From assembly GCA_002269645.1 (NCBI GenBank), contig NIVC01000100.1, forward strand, positions 558,001 through 622,000: a stretch of 64,000 bases of DNA, in the 5' to 3' direction. Below are positions 1-15,000 of the stretch, piece by piece. Within the stretch, counting starts at the first letter, position 1. Every line of letters starts with the position of its first letter. The position numbers were made by a program, and so were the translations under genes. Source of the DNA: Macrostomum lignano (lineage: Eukaryota). The notes beneath the pieces were generated by a model, which ran no database searches, was not told the origin of the DNA, and was given only the letters and a program-made list of their open reading frames with translations.

Positions 1-85
1 AAAAATTCTTCTTAGGGAACTTTCCCAAGAACTCAAGCCAGACAAAAATCTGTGAATCTAATAAAAACTCAATAAATATACTCAC

Positions 86-3000
86 CGACACCCGAGGAAC
101 TTGGGCCTCTCCCCCGGAGCAGTTGTCTCGCTCTCAATTTTCAAGGCCATCACGTGATTGATTGACAGCACGGTGGCGGCAACAAACCAGGGAATGCCCA
201 GAATAGAATTGATGCCAATCAGCACTGCAACAATCAGCAAGTCAAGATGATAGCCCAAGCCTTTCTTCAGCTTGTTCTCTTTGCGATTGACAATCACAGC
301 TGTGATCTGCTGGTCCATGAAGATCAGAATAGTTGCTAGGAGAGCCGGCAGCAGGGCCAGTGGGATGGAGTACCAGGGATTCTGATTGCGAGTACCGAAC
401 GGCGAAACCAACCAGCCCCTGGTCTCGTAGCCCAGCGTAGGCGAGAAGGACTCCGGGACGTGCAGTTTAGGAGTCTGCAGGCCTACCAACAGGTCCAAAC
501 CAGTCATGGCAACAATCGCTATCATCACAGCGAAATCGCTAATGACCATACGGACTCGGTTAGGAAAGAATGGCGAAGTTCGCATCAGTTTGAGTCCATA
601 GCTGATCACAAATGTGCCAATAGCCAGCAGGCAGGAGAAGAAGAATACGTCAGGTACTGCGAACTTGCCGCACCCGCTGCCAACCCACTGGCCCAGCTGG
701 GCGGTGCACAGCTTGTTATTCTTGTCCCAGTCCCAATCGTAGTACACAATGGCAGTGTGGTTAGTGTAATACCTGCCATCGGAGTCGTTGTAGCTGGGTA
801 TTCTCAGATGCTGGCCCTGAGCTAGCGGTTTCGATTGGTTGAGATTCGACTCGCAGATGCAATTGAAATCCGGCAGGTAGTTGGGATGCCAGTCGGGATT
901 AATAGGATAAGCTTTCAGTATGTTGCGCAACTTTTTGAAGGCTTCGATGATGAAGATGAGAGCGATTAGGCTGGCGAATGACTCTTCTGTGAAGCGGGTG
1001 ATGTACCTGCGGGATTGCGGATGGATGAAGGACTTAGTAGATTAGCAATTACCACAAAATAAATTCCTTATTGCACACAAATTTACCCCCCCCCCCAGTT
1101 TATACCTGAATAAAAACCGTTGCTTAAACCAAGAGAAACACCACCACTTTTAACCCAAATAAACACTCTAGTTTGTAACTGAATAAACATCCTCTTTATA
1201 CCAAAAAGAAAATTTAGTTTACACTCACATAAACACCCTAGTTCAAACCCGAGTTTATAACCAAATAAACAACCCCAGTTAAAATCCAAAAACACCCCAG
1301 TTTAAACCCAATCAAACACCCCACTTAAAATCCAAATAAACAATCCCGTTCAAACCCAAATAAACACCCAATTTAAACCCAAATAAACACCCAGTTTAAA
1401 CCACAAATAAACACCCGTTAAACAAAAAAAACCCAGTTTAAACCCAAATTAACACCCCAGTTTAAACCCAATCAAACACCCCACTTAAATCAAAATAAAC
1501 ACCCCTTTTATGGATATTAAAAACAGCCATAAAACTCAAAACTCACTTGACCAAAGCGCTCAAATCGAAGGCCACAACGGTGAGCAAAATGAGAAATATC
1601 CACAAGCCAACCCACATTCGAAATGACAGATAGTCCCAGCCCAGCGAGTTCTTGCTGAACCTGAATATGATTGACTCGAACACGAGCATGGGACCGGTGG
1701 AACCTGTTGTCGCAGGTATGAAGGAAAAGGTTACGGATATGAATGCGAGTACACAGTTGCGGAATCTTCTACCTAGAAACTGCTTTCTCATGATAAATCT
1801 CATGGCTCTGACATATTTTATCTTAACTATAGTTAACTATCAGATATATTATATCATCTTTTCTAAACCATCCCATAGTTCTCTATCATCTGTCTCATAG
1901 TTCTCTCTATCATCTGTCTCATAGTTCTCTATCATCTGTCTCATAGTTCTCTCTATCATCTGTCTCATAGTTCTCTCTATCATCTGTCTCATAGTTCTCT
2001 CTATCATCTGTCTCATAGTTCTCTCTATCATCTGTCTCATAGTTCTCTCTATCATCTATCTCATAGTTCTCTATCATCTATCTCATAGTTCTCTCTATCA
2101 TCTATCTCATAGTTCTCTCTATCATCTATCTCATAGTTACCCTTCTTTTATCTAATAGTTCTCTCTATCATCTATCTCATAGTTCTCTCTATCATCTATC
2201 TCATAGTTCTCTCTATCATCTATCTCATAGTTACCCTTCTTTTATCTCATAGTTCTCTCTATCATCTATCTCATAGTTCGCTCTATCATCTATCTCATAG
2301 TTCTCTATCATCTATCTCATAGTTCTCTCTATCATCTATCTCATAGTTCTCTCTATCATCTATCTCATAGTTCTCTCTATCATCTATCTCATAGTTCTCT
2401 CTATCATCTATCTCATAGTTCTCTATCATCTATCTCATAGTTCTCTCTATCATCTATCTCATAGTTCTCTCTATCATCTATCTCATAGTTACCCTTCTTT
2501 TATCTAATAGTTCTCTCTATCATCTATCTCATAGTTCTCTCTATCATCTATCTCATAGTTCTCTCTATCATCTATCTCATAGTTACCCTTCTTTTATCTC
2601 ATAGTTCTCTCTATCATCTATCTCATAGTTCGCTCTATCATCTATCTCATAGTTCTCTATCATCTATCTCATAGTTCTCTCTATCATCTATCTCATAGTT
2701 CTCTCTATCATCTATCTCATAGTTCTCTCTATCATCTATCTCATAGTTCTCTCTATCATCTATCTCATAGTTCTCTCTATCATCTATCTCATAGTTACCC
2801 TTCTTTTATCTAATAGTTCTCTCTATCATCTATCTCATAGTTCTCTCTATCATCTATCTCATAGTTCTCTCTATCATCTATCTCATAGTTACCCTTCTTT
2901 TATCTAATAGTTCTCTCTATCATCTATCTCATAGTTACCCTTCTTTTATCTCATAGTTCTCTCTCATTTATCTCATAGTTCTCTCTATTATCTATCTTAT

Positions 3001-6000
3001 AGTTTTCTCTATCATCTATCCCATAGTCCTTTCTCTCTCATCTATTTTATAGTTCTTTCATCTTTTTCGCACTATACTCTTATTTAGAAAAAATAAACAA
3101 TCCTAACCGAGATTAAAATACAACCATAAACAGACGATATGTTCTGAAAACAATATAAAACCCAGCCGGCAGAGACAAATTACCCAATATGGTGAGCGGC
3201 TGTCCGGAGCACAGAGCGAAGAGAGTGCCACAGATGGCGCCAGACAGAATGGACTCCATAGCGCCCAGATAGCCTTCAGTCTCGTCAGACAGCAGGCCGC
3301 CAAAGGTGATGATGGGAGTCAGACAGGCAAAGTACAGAAAGAAGAAAGCGCCAATAGTTTGCACGTGAATAGCGTCGCGAATATCTGACCAATAGAATGG
3401 CGCTTTGCGTTTCACATCTTCAACCAGGCCGCCAAAAAGTCTACCAGTGATGCGCAGTGACGGATCCGTGTGGCAGGTCTCCTCATAGGCCGGGGGACTG
3501 TCTCCATTGGGTCCGGACTTTGATAACAGATTGGCGCCAGATGATGCGGTGGCGCTGCCTCCGCCTTCGCCGCCATTTGAGCCGCTGGCGATCTCCTGAG
3601 ATGCCAGCGCGGCGGGAACGGCTGGAGTTTCGGAAAAATTGAAAAAAGATAATAAAATGCGCTACTAGGCTACTTAACAGTCGATATTCAGTAGTATAAT
3701 TAGGAAAAATAATAATCAACGTCAAAGTCAATCCTAGTGACTTACAAGCCGACGTTCCAAGAAGAGCATTCGAACCGGTGACAGGTACAGAGCCCTGTTT
3801 GCGAGGCTCCTGGGAGGGCACCTCCTTGGGTGGCTCAATTCGAATCGATGGGTCCCATTCGTTTGGCGGCAGAACTGTGCAGGATTTCAGGAATTCATCC
3901 ACGCCGCAGAGCAGGTCGTCCTGTTCAAGGCAGATGTGGTTGAGATGATATAACTTAGTGAGGTGGGTGACTGAGATAAGAACACAGCGAGAGCGGAGTG
4001 GGGTGGGTGACTGAGATAAGAACACAGCGATAGCGGAGTGGGTTGGGTGACTGAGATAAGAACACAGCGATAGCGGAGTGGGGTGGGTGACTCAGATAAG
4101 AACACAGCGATAGCGGAGTGGGTTGGGTGACTGAGATAAGAACACAGCGATAGCGGAGTGGGGTAGGTGACTGAGATAAGGACACAGCGAGAGCGGAGTG
4201 AGGTGGGTGACTGAGATAAGAACTCTGCGATAGCGGAGTGGGGTGGGTAACTGAGATAAGAACACAGCAAAAGCGGAGTGAGGTGGGTGACTAAGATGAG
4301 CACACACCTTGCTCTTGGCCAGGTAGGCCACATCGTGGAAGACCTCATCAGACATGAGCGTGGCCATGCTCCTGCCCATCTCGTGAAAGTTGGCACTCTG
4401 TCCCGGCGGTCCCAGCAGCACGTAGATGAACCTGGTCGGCACTGGAACCTCGGTGAGATCGCCCAGCACAACGGCAGTTTTCAATCGAATAAACGCCGTC
4501 ACAGGATGGTCGAGAAAGTCGGTACTGCCAACCAGGATGTTGGAAGTCTCAGCTCCTGGCGGAATTTTCTTCATGAAGTGCTGGTCGAACCGGTAGCTGC
4601 TGGCGGACGCAGTGAGCTCTGGTCCCTCTGCTCCGTGCTGCTGGGCTTCTATGTCGCCGCGGCTGCTGTCTACATGCTTCAGATTGCCGACTGATGGGTG
4701 AACGGCGTCTGCGGGTGTGATAGGGTGAGGCAAAGTGAGGCATATCGCATATAATATCGTCTTTCACAGGCTATTCCTGAACTTACACAAACTTGAACAT
4801 ACTTAAAAATTCACATACACACACACACACACATACACCCTAATCCAATTCACACACACTCTAATCCGATTCACACACACTCGACTCCGATTCACACACA
4901 CTCTGATCTAATTCACACACACTCTGATCTGATTCACACACACTCTAATCCAATTCACACACACTCTCGAATCCGATTCACACACACACTAGAATCCGAT
5001 TCACACACACTCTGATCTGATTCACACACACTCTAATCCAATTCACACACACTCTCGAATCCGATTCACACACACACTAGAATCCGATTCACACACACTC
5101 TGATCTGATTCACACACACTCTAATCCAATTCACACACACTCTCGAATCCGATTCACACACACACTAGAATCCGATTCACACACACTCTGATTTGATTCA
5201 CACACACTCTGATCTGATTCACACACACTCTAATCCAATTCACACACACTCTAATCCATTCACACACAATCTATGCCGATTCACACACTTTCTAATCCGA
5301 TTCACACACTTTCTAATCCGACTCACACACAACTGAACACCTCAAAAGCACCCTAATCCGATTCGCACGAATTCGCAACTCACCCCTATCCAAATCCTTC
5401 GACGAATGCTTTCGCCCAATCTCGGCAAAGCTGCGTATTTTGGCGCCCAAATTTCCCCTGGCCTTTTTCTCATGCAGATGCAAATGCCGTTTGAGCAGCA
5501 CATCCTTGACCAGCTCTCTGGATTCCGATGTTAATTTCCGTTTCTGAACGAGACGATCAAGCAATAGGTCGGCGATTGATTCCATAGTTTGGCCCTCGCA
5601 TTCCAGCATGATTTCGCCTGTAAATTTGACAACCAAATCTTTAAGAACCGATATGTATCGAAAAAAAAATCTTTAGAAAAATTGTTTGAAAATTCTCTAG
5701 TTACCGTTGTAGATAGAATTTCGAACTTCGAACAAAGCGAACAGGCTCAGGGTGGCCACGTGAGGCTTTGACCAACGCTCGCCGCCTTCTTCAACATCCT
5801 CTTCGAATTTGATCCATCGAGCTGTCTCTTTCCACTGCAGATCACCTGACAGGTGAGAGACAGTGCGGATGAGCTTAGTGTTTATTTAGTGTACATTAAG
5901 CTAGTAGGGGGCTGAGTGTACATTAGGGCAGGAGGGGGCTGAGTGTACATTAGGGCAGGAGGGGAATGAGTGTACATTGGGGTAGGAGGGGAGTGTACAT

Positions 6001-9000
6001 TGGGGTAGGAGAGGAGTGTACATTAGGGTAGAAGGGGACTGAGTGTACATTAGGGTAGGAGGGGACTGAGTGTACATTAGGGTAGGGGACTGAGTGTACA
6101 TTGGGGTAGGAGGGGACTGAGTGTACATTAGGGTAGGAGGGGACTGAGTGTACATTAGGGTAGGAGGGGACTGAGTGTACATTGGGGTAGGGGGGATCTG
6201 AGAGTACATTGGGGTAGGGAGGGGCTGAGTGTAAATTAAAGTAGGAGACGACGGAGTGTATATTGGGGTAGGGAGGGGCTGAGTGTACATTGAGTAAGGA
6301 TCGGGTTTGTACATTAGGCTGGGTAAGAATTGAGTAAGGCTTTTAAAGAAAATGTTATTTCTATCTAGCTCGTAGAAAAACTCCAAAGTTGGCCAAGTCT
6401 CATGCACAACACCATTTTAAAAATACAGTTCTTACTAACTCAATTGCTAAAAGGTTCACAAGGAAACTGGAAATTCCAAGATGTCTACTAACAGTAGTAG
6501 AAACAACATTTTTAAGTCTGCATTTATCGAATAAATTAAGTTAATTAGGAAATTATATCTGGGATTGATCATGCTATTAATATTTAGTAGAAGTCATAAA
6601 TCAAGACACTAATAAACTACTGCAATAAATAAGAAAACTAAAAAAATCTATGGGCATCACGGCAGAGTTTCTTAGTTTTTGTGCAATCTAATTGAAAATA
6701 AATTTTGCATTAATGCGTTTGAAGTAAAATCATTCCAAAAAATAGTTTAAAAGTCGGTGAAATTCAAACCGTTTAATTCTTCACAGTGACTGAAAATAAA
6801 TCAGATTTGAGAATACACGGTTCACAGAGTACATAAATTCACTTTTGACTACTTAAAAAGCGAGCTGAAGCATAACTTTTTAAGTTAGACAATTGCTTTT
6901 GGGAGTACGACCATTGACTGTCCACCAGTCTAGGTTAAAGTTTGGGTTTGGGTTTAGGTTCGGGTGTGGGTTAGGGTTTAGGTTAGGGTGTGGGTTAGGG
7001 TTTAGGTTAGGGTGGGTGTTTGGGTGTAGGTTAGGGTGTGGGTTTGGGTGTAGGTTAGGGTTTATGTTAGGGTGTGGGTTTGGGTGTAGGTTAGGGTTAA
7101 GGTTAGGTTGTGGGTTTGGGTGTAGGTTAGGGTGTGGGTTTGGGTGTAGGTTAGGGTGGGGGTTTGGGTGTAGGTTAGGGTTAAGGTTAGGGTGGGGGTT
7201 TGGGTGTAGGTTAGGGTTAAGGTTAGGTTGTGGGTTTGGGTGTAGGTTAGGGTTTAGGTTAGGGTGTGGGTTTGGGTGTAGGTTTGGGTTTAGGTTAGGG
7301 TGTGGGTTAAGGTTTAGGTTAGGGTGTGGGTTTGGGTGTAGGTTTGGGTTTAGGTTAGGGTGTGGGTTAAGGTTTAGGTTAGGGTGTGGGTTTGGGTGTA
7401 GGTTTGGGTTTAGGTTAGGGTGTGGGTTAAGGTTTAGGTTAGGGTGTGGGTTTGGGTGTAGGTTTGGGTTTAGGTTAGGGTGTGGGTTAAGGTTTAGGTT
7501 AGGGTGTGGATTAAAAGGGTTCAGGTTTAATGCACTTTTTCAAAGGTTCGTAGACACATAGTATTTACATAATTCATAATGACTATAGTCAAGAATTGCA
7601 TTAGAATGAAAACACTGTTACATCATTTTCCAAGCGTCTGAGACACACACACACATGATTGTTCTGGAGTCTTCTGCAGCCAAGATAAGTCGCAAAGATG
7701 CCCATCCGAAAAAAAGTACTAATTAGATGACGAGGCATTCAGCCTTACTCGTACAGTCATAGTTACTCTTGTCGTTTACCCAAAATTACGTTAATTTTGC
7801 TTCGTTTTTTTATAGGAAAGTCACAGTTTTGGTCAAAAATTGCGTCACATGACGTGGGAAATCAGTTAAAACAAAAACATTACCAGCAGCATCAGATTTG
7901 AACAATTCGTCCATTTCGCAGAAAACCGGATGTACTTCCGGTTCGTCCGGTCCGTTCTCGTCATCATCCTGATTGCTGCCGAGTAGGAACTGCACACGGG
8001 CTGACGGGTCAGCGGTCTGAGACTGGGGACCTGGGCAGCCGGGAAAAAGAGATGAAGTTTCACCTGTTAAAACAGACTACTTACAGTAAGCAGGAATGAA
8101 CTTAATGCATTGGTGGCACCATCACCGATAAACTTTAACCTCACATAGTCAGACTTGCCTCCCTCCCTTGATTTTTTTGGTTCCATCAATATTTTCAGCT
8201 TGCCTGCCGAATTTCCTTTCAAGTAATTGATTTTATACGTGCCCTGATTGGGCCAGCAGATGTGCAAACTATCGTGCGGCGCATCTGAAGGCTGCGTACG
8301 GCTGTTCAGTCCAAGGACTGGGGGTCGCCACACACCCTCAATTACCCCAGCTAATGCTGGCACCCATTTTACAGCTGGGTGAACTGAAGCAATGCAGAGT
8401 TAAGTGTCTTTCTTAAGGACACAAATTATTACAGTAGGATCGGGAATCGAACCCCTGACCTTCGAGTCGTGAGTTAGACGCTCTAACCACAAACCCTATC
8501 ATTTCAAGTTCATGCATAAAAAAGTGCTGCTAGGGATTCTCTTTGATCTACAACTTTTTTGTAACTATTTTTTGCACAGCTTCTTATTAAATTATCATGG
8601 TAATAAAAAACTATCAAAGAGAATAATCTGCCACAATAACTAAGGTCAACTTAGCAACTGAATTTGTGTACAATAAAAGCCAAGGCAAAATAAAAACCAA
8701 TATATATAATTAGTATAAGTACTACGGTAATGATTAGTCTAATTTTCATAAAAGTCGGCAAAATTGGCATGCAATTAAAAAATTTCTATAGTTAACAATT
8801 TCTGTAAATGTCACAGTGAATGTCAGGGAATGTCACACAGTGAATGTCAGGGTATGTCACACAGTGAATGTCAGGGAATGTCACACAGTGAATGTCAGGG
8901 AATCTCACACAGTGAATGTCAGGGTATGTCACACAGTGAATGTCAGGGAATGTCACACAGTGAATGTTAGGGGACGTCACACAGTGAATGTCACACAGTG

Positions 9001-12000
9001 AATGTCAGGGAATGTCACACAGTGAATGTTAGGGGACGTCACACAGTGAATATCAGACAGTGAATGTCAGGGTATGTCACACAGTGAATGTCAGGGAATG
9101 TCACACAGTGAATGTCAGGGAATGTCACACAGTGAATGTTAGGGGATGTCACACAGTGAATGTTAGGGGATGTCACACAGTGAATGTCAGGGAATGTCAC
9201 ACAGTGAATGTTAGGGGATGTCACACAGTGAATGTCAGGGAATGTCACACAGTGAATGTTAGGGGATGTCACACAGTGAATGTTAGGGAATGTCACACAG
9301 TGAATGTCAGGGAATGTCACACAGTGAATGTCAGGGAATGTCACACAGTGAATGTTAGGGGATGTCACACAGTGAATGTCAGGGAATGTCACACAGTGAA
9401 TGTTAGGGGATGTCACACAGTGAATGTCAGGGAATGTCACACAGTGAATGTTAGGGGATGTCACACAGTGAATGTTAGGGAATGTCACACAGTGAATGTC
9501 AGGGAATGTCACACAGTGAATGTCAGGGAATGTCACACAGTGAATGTTAGGGGATGTCACACAGTGAATGTCAGGGAATGTCACACAGTGAATGTTAGGG
9601 GATGTCACACAGTGAATGTCAGGGAATGTCACACAGTGAATGTTAGGGGATGTCACACAGTGAATGTCAGGGAATGTCACACAGTGAATGTTAGGGGATG
9701 TCACACAGTGAATGTTAGATGTCACACAGTGAATGTTAGGGAATGTCACTTATGGGCGTTACCCTCACCCGGGCGGTGATGAAAGGCGGCCCGCAAGGTG
9801 GCGTGCTAACTCCACTTCTCTGGAATCTCGTCATGGACGAACTTCTAACCGCTGACATTCCCAGCAGTATCACCAGGGCGGGCTACGCCGATGACGTTGC
9901 CGCGGTCGTCAGCGGACCCGACCCCGCCACTCTGCGCAACCTGATGCAGCAATTCGCCGACAAGGCGGCCGACTGGGCTACACAGCATGGCCTAAAAATC
10001 AGCGTCACTAAGACTGTCGCTGTCGTTTTCACCAAGCGCCGTAAATGGGAGATGAAAAACCTCACTGTCTATGGCAGAAACATCCCCTTCAAGAAGGAGG
10101 TCAAATACCTCGGTGTGACGCTAACGCATGACCTGCGCTGGACGAAGCACCTTGATAACGTCATCGGTCGGGCAAAACGCTGCTTTGCCCAGCTGCGCAG
10201 AGCCATCGGGCCGACTTGGGGCCTCTCGCCTAGAACGGTCCGTTGGATTTATACCGGCATCATCCGGCCCAGTATCACATACGCGAGTCTCATCTGGACT
10301 AGCGTGCTGGAGCAGAAGGCCGCCCGTCAGCGGCTGTACCAGCTTCAGGGCAGCATTTGCCGTGCCATCACAGGTGCGTACCCGTCCACCCCTTACGAGG
10401 GGCTGAACACTATCCTTAACCTACCTCCGCTTCACCTATTTATTAGGGCGGAGGCTATGAAGTCTGCCTCCCGGCTTATCAGAGATAAAACGTTAAATAA
10501 CGCGCCCTCTGGCTTTATGCCAATGAAAACATTAATCCCGCATATGGACTTTGTCCGCCGCGACCTTAACAACATCCACATGGACCTGGGCAATGTGGAT
10601 AGTCGACCTCCCGCCCTCAACATCAGGAGGGGCTTCAAGACCGCCATCCCTGGCCGAGACAACATTCCGCTGGATGTCGGTGTGAACCGGCGCAGCCAGG
10701 GCATTCACTGCTTCACCGACGGCTCGCTGTTCAACGGCCGCGCTGGAGCGGGTATTGCCATTTTCCACGAGGGTAAGATGCTTCTCCAGGAAAGTCTGCA
10801 CCTCGGTGAGAACACCTCAGTTTTCCAAGCTGAAATTTGCGCCATTGAGCAGTGTGCCCAGCAACTGTTTCAGGCGAACATTAATAATTTTGACATTAAT
10901 TTCTACACTGATAGCCAAGCTGCTATTAAGGCCTTAACCACTGAGAATATCTCCGCTGCTACAGTATCTCAATGCCACCGCAGTGTGCAATCTCTCTCAG
11001 TCCTTAACAGGATTAGAATTATCTGGACACCTGGTCACAGCAACATCCTGGGCAACGAGCTCGCGGACTCTCTCGCCAAGGAGGGCAGCAACCCAGACGG
11101 CAACCACCGTCTGATGAGGCTACCCACCCCCAGGTCGCAAGTCACCCGCCATATCAACAGGTGGCTCCATCAGCAGCACCAGCTCCACTGGAACAGCTGC
11201 ACCGAGTACAGGCAGAGCCGCTCTGCCATGCCTAACCTGAACAGGAAAGTCTCTGATTATCTGATTTCGCTTAACAGAACCGACCTCAGGGAGATGTGCA
11301 TGGTCCTAACCGGCCACGGATTCTTCCAGAGACATATATCGTTGCAAACCGGTTGCCCTCCCACCTGTCCCTTCTGTGGCATAGGAGAGGAGACCGCGGA
11401 GCATCACGTCACCTTCTGCCCTTACTTCAACAAGGCGCGGCACAAATACCTCGGCCACCCCCAGCGGATGGACGAGCTGACCACCGCGGACAATATCCGA
11501 GACCTCCGCGCCTTCGTCCGGGACTCCGGCCGGATGAGGGTCGCCGATGCCTCCACTGCGGACCTGCCGACTACTGGCGGGGACTGGGCGCACCCCCAAG
11601 GCTAATCCTTGTGCTCTTTTACCTTGGGGTTGCGATAGGGGCCTCGCGGCCTATTCGCGGCGCCTGCGCCCCCCGTCAGTAGTAAGTAGTAAGTAAGTAA
11701 GTAGGGAATGTCACACAGTGAATGTCAGGGAATGTCACACAGTGAATATCAGGGAATGTCACACAGTAAATGTCAGTTGATACCTGAAACAAATTCACTA
11801 ATATAATGCAACTGTACTACTTCTAAAATACTACTTGTACGCAACTAAATAGTCAATAAAAGTGTACAACAGAACAAGGTGCAAAGCAGCACAGAAAGAC
11901 AATAAAGTTAGTAACTGACACAATCACCTAGATCAGTATCGGTGGTTTAGTGGAATTATTAAAAACGACAAAAATGAAACAAGATATGCCGATAAACAGA

Positions 12001-15000
12001 CGCATTAACCTCGTACCAGCGATTCACTGATATTTTGGCATAATTACTAAATCGTATAGGCTGTACTATAACAGATTTTACCTGTCTGAGCTGTCTCCGT
12101 CTTGGTGACAATTTCTGCTAGCCTGCTGAAGTCTTATAATTTTATTTGCAGAAAAAAGCAGAGAAATTAATAAATTAGTTTTATTCACTTCTTGACTTAA
12201 AGTAAATACAATTTGAAAGGAAAGAAATAAATGATAATTACTGAGGATTGAGGTTTGATTGTGGTGCTATCTCAGGTCTGATTTTGGCGCTATCTGAGGT
12301 TTTATTCTGGCGCTATCTGAGGTTTGATTTTTGGCGCTATCTGAGGTTTGATTTTTGGCGCTATCTGAGGTTTGATTCTGGCGCTATCTGAGGTTTGATT
12401 CTGGCGCTATCTGAGGTTTGATTCTGGCGCTATCTGAGGTTTGATTCTGGCGCTATATGAGGTTTCGTTTTTGGCGCTATCTGAGGTTTGATTCTGGCGC
12501 TATATGAGGTTTGATTTTTGGCGCTATCTGAGGTTTGATTCTGGCGCTATATGAGGTTTGATTTTTGGCGCTATCTGAGGTTTGATTCTGGCGCTATCTG
12601 AGGTTTGATTCTGGCGCTATCTGAGGTTTGATTCTGGCGCTATCTGAGGTTTGATTCTGGCGCTATATGAGGTTTCGTTTTTGGCGCTATCTGAGGTTTG
12701 ATTCTGGCGCTATATGAGGTTTGATTTTTGGCGCTATCTGAGGTTTGATTCTGGCGCTATCTGAGGTTTGATTTTTGGCGCTATCTGAGGTTTGATTCTG
12801 GCGCTATCTGAGGTTTGATTCTGGCGCTATCTGAGGTTTGATTCTGGCGCTATCTGAGGTTTGATTCTGGCGCTATATGAGGTTTCGTTTTTGGCGCTAT
12901 CTGAGGTTTGATTCTGGCGCTATATGAGGTTTGATTTTTGGCGCTATCTGAGGTTTGATTTTTGGCGCTATCTGAGGTTTGATTTTTGGCGCTATCTGAG
13001 GTTTGATTTTTGGCGCTATCTGAGGTTTGATTTTTGGCGCTATCTGAAGTTTGATTCTGGCGCTATCTGAGGTTTGATTCTGGCGCTATCTGAGGTTTGA
13101 TTCTGGCGCTATCTGAGGTTTGATTCTGGCGCTATCTGAGGTTTGATTCTGGCGCTATATGAGGTTTCGTTTTTGGCGCTATCTGAGGTTTGATTCTGGC
13201 GCTATATGAGGTTTGATTTTTGGCGCTATCTGAGGTTTGATTCTGGCGCTATCTGAGGTTTGATTTTTGGCGCTATCTGAGGTTTGATTCTGGCGCTATC
13301 TGAGGTTTGATTCTGGCGCTATCTGAGGTTTGATTCTGGCGCTATCTGAGGTTTGATTCTGGCGCTATATGAGGTTTCGTTTTTGGCGCTATCTGAGGTT
13401 TGATTCTGGCGCTATATGAGGTTTGATTTTTGGCGCTATCTGAGGTTTGATTTTTGGCGCTATCTGAGGTTTGATTTTTGGCGCTATCTGAGGTTTGATT
13501 TTTGGCGCTATCTGAGGTTTGATTTTTGGCGCTATCTGAGGTTTGATTTTTGGCGCTATCTGAGGTTTTTTGCGCTATTTGAGTTTAGTTTTTGGTCCTG
13601 TGTCTAAAATTCTTGCGTTTTAAAAGTGAGACGAAAGTAGTTTCATACTAAAGATTGCAACTGGATACAAAAAAACAAAAAGTGCGAAAAGGGAATTAAC
13701 AACATGATACAGCCATACAGGTGAGAATACAAGAAAATAATGTGTATTAAGCCAATAGAAAGACAAACAGTAAATCGAAGAACTCACCTGGCGTTGCGTG
13801 CTCGTCAGCTTCGTTAACGGCGGCCACTGAAAATAATTGTTACAATTAAGATTCAGGTTTAATGAAGTGATATTTCAATCACTTAGATCACTTAGTGGCA
13901 ACTGGTTCATGGATGAAATTTAAGCAAATAGAAGATTGAGATGCAGGTTAAATGGATTAGATTCAGATAACTAGGGTGAGATTCATGTATATAGGGTAAG
14001 ATTTAGGTCACTAGAGTGAGATTTAGGTAACTAGGGTGAGATTCATGTAGCTAGGGAGATTCAGGTGACTAGAGTGAGATTCAGGTAACTAGGGTGAGAT
14101 TCGTGTATCTAGGGAGATTCAGGTCACTAGGGTGAGATTCATGTATCTAGGGTGAGATTCAGGTGACTAGAGTGAGATTCATTGAGATTTATGTAGCTAG
14201 GGAGATTCAGAAAATTAGGCTTAGATTCATGCATCTAGGGTAAGATTTAGGTCACTAGAGTGAGATTCAGGTGACTAGAGTGAGATTCATTGAGATTTAT
14301 GTAGCTAGGGAGATTCAGATATATAGGGTGAGATTCAGATAAGTAGGGTGAGATTCAGGTAACTAGGGTGAGATTCATGCATCTAGGGTGAGATTCAGGT
14401 CACTAGAGTGAGATTCAGGTAACTAGGGTGAGATTCATTGAGATTTATGTGGCTAGGGAGATTCAGATAATTAGGGTGAGATTCAGATAAGTAGGGTGAG
14501 ATTCAGATAAGTAGGATGAGATTCATGCATCTAGGGTGAGATTCAGGTGACTAGAGTGAGATTCAGGTAACTAGAGTGAGATTCAGGTAACTAGGGTGAG
14601 ATTCATGTATCTAGGGAGATTCAGGTCACTAAGGGTGAAATTCAGGTATCTAGGGTGAGATTCAGGTGACTAGAGTGAGATTCATTGAGATTTATGTGGC
14701 TAGGGAGATTCAGATAATTAGGGTGAGATTCAGATAAGTAGGGTGAGATTCAGATAAGTAGGGTGAGATTCAGATAAGTAGGGTGAGATTCAGATAAGTA
14801 GGGTGAGATTCATGCATCTAGGGTGAGATTCAGGTCACTAGAGTGAGATTCAGGTAACTAGGGTGAGATTCATGTATCTAGGGAGATTCAGGTCACTTGG
14901 ATGAGATTCAGGTAACTAGGGTGAGATTTATGTAGCTAGGGTGATTCAGGTAATTAGGGTGAGATTCAGATAAGTAGGGTGAGACTCAGGAATCTTGGGT

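Larger units (their letters stand above)
8810..11775. repeat. 24-nt minisatellite (gtcacacagtgaatgtcagggaat) split by a LINE insertion at 9750-11701
   Basis: About 39 units left of the insertion and about 3 to the right. Confidence 0.95.
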
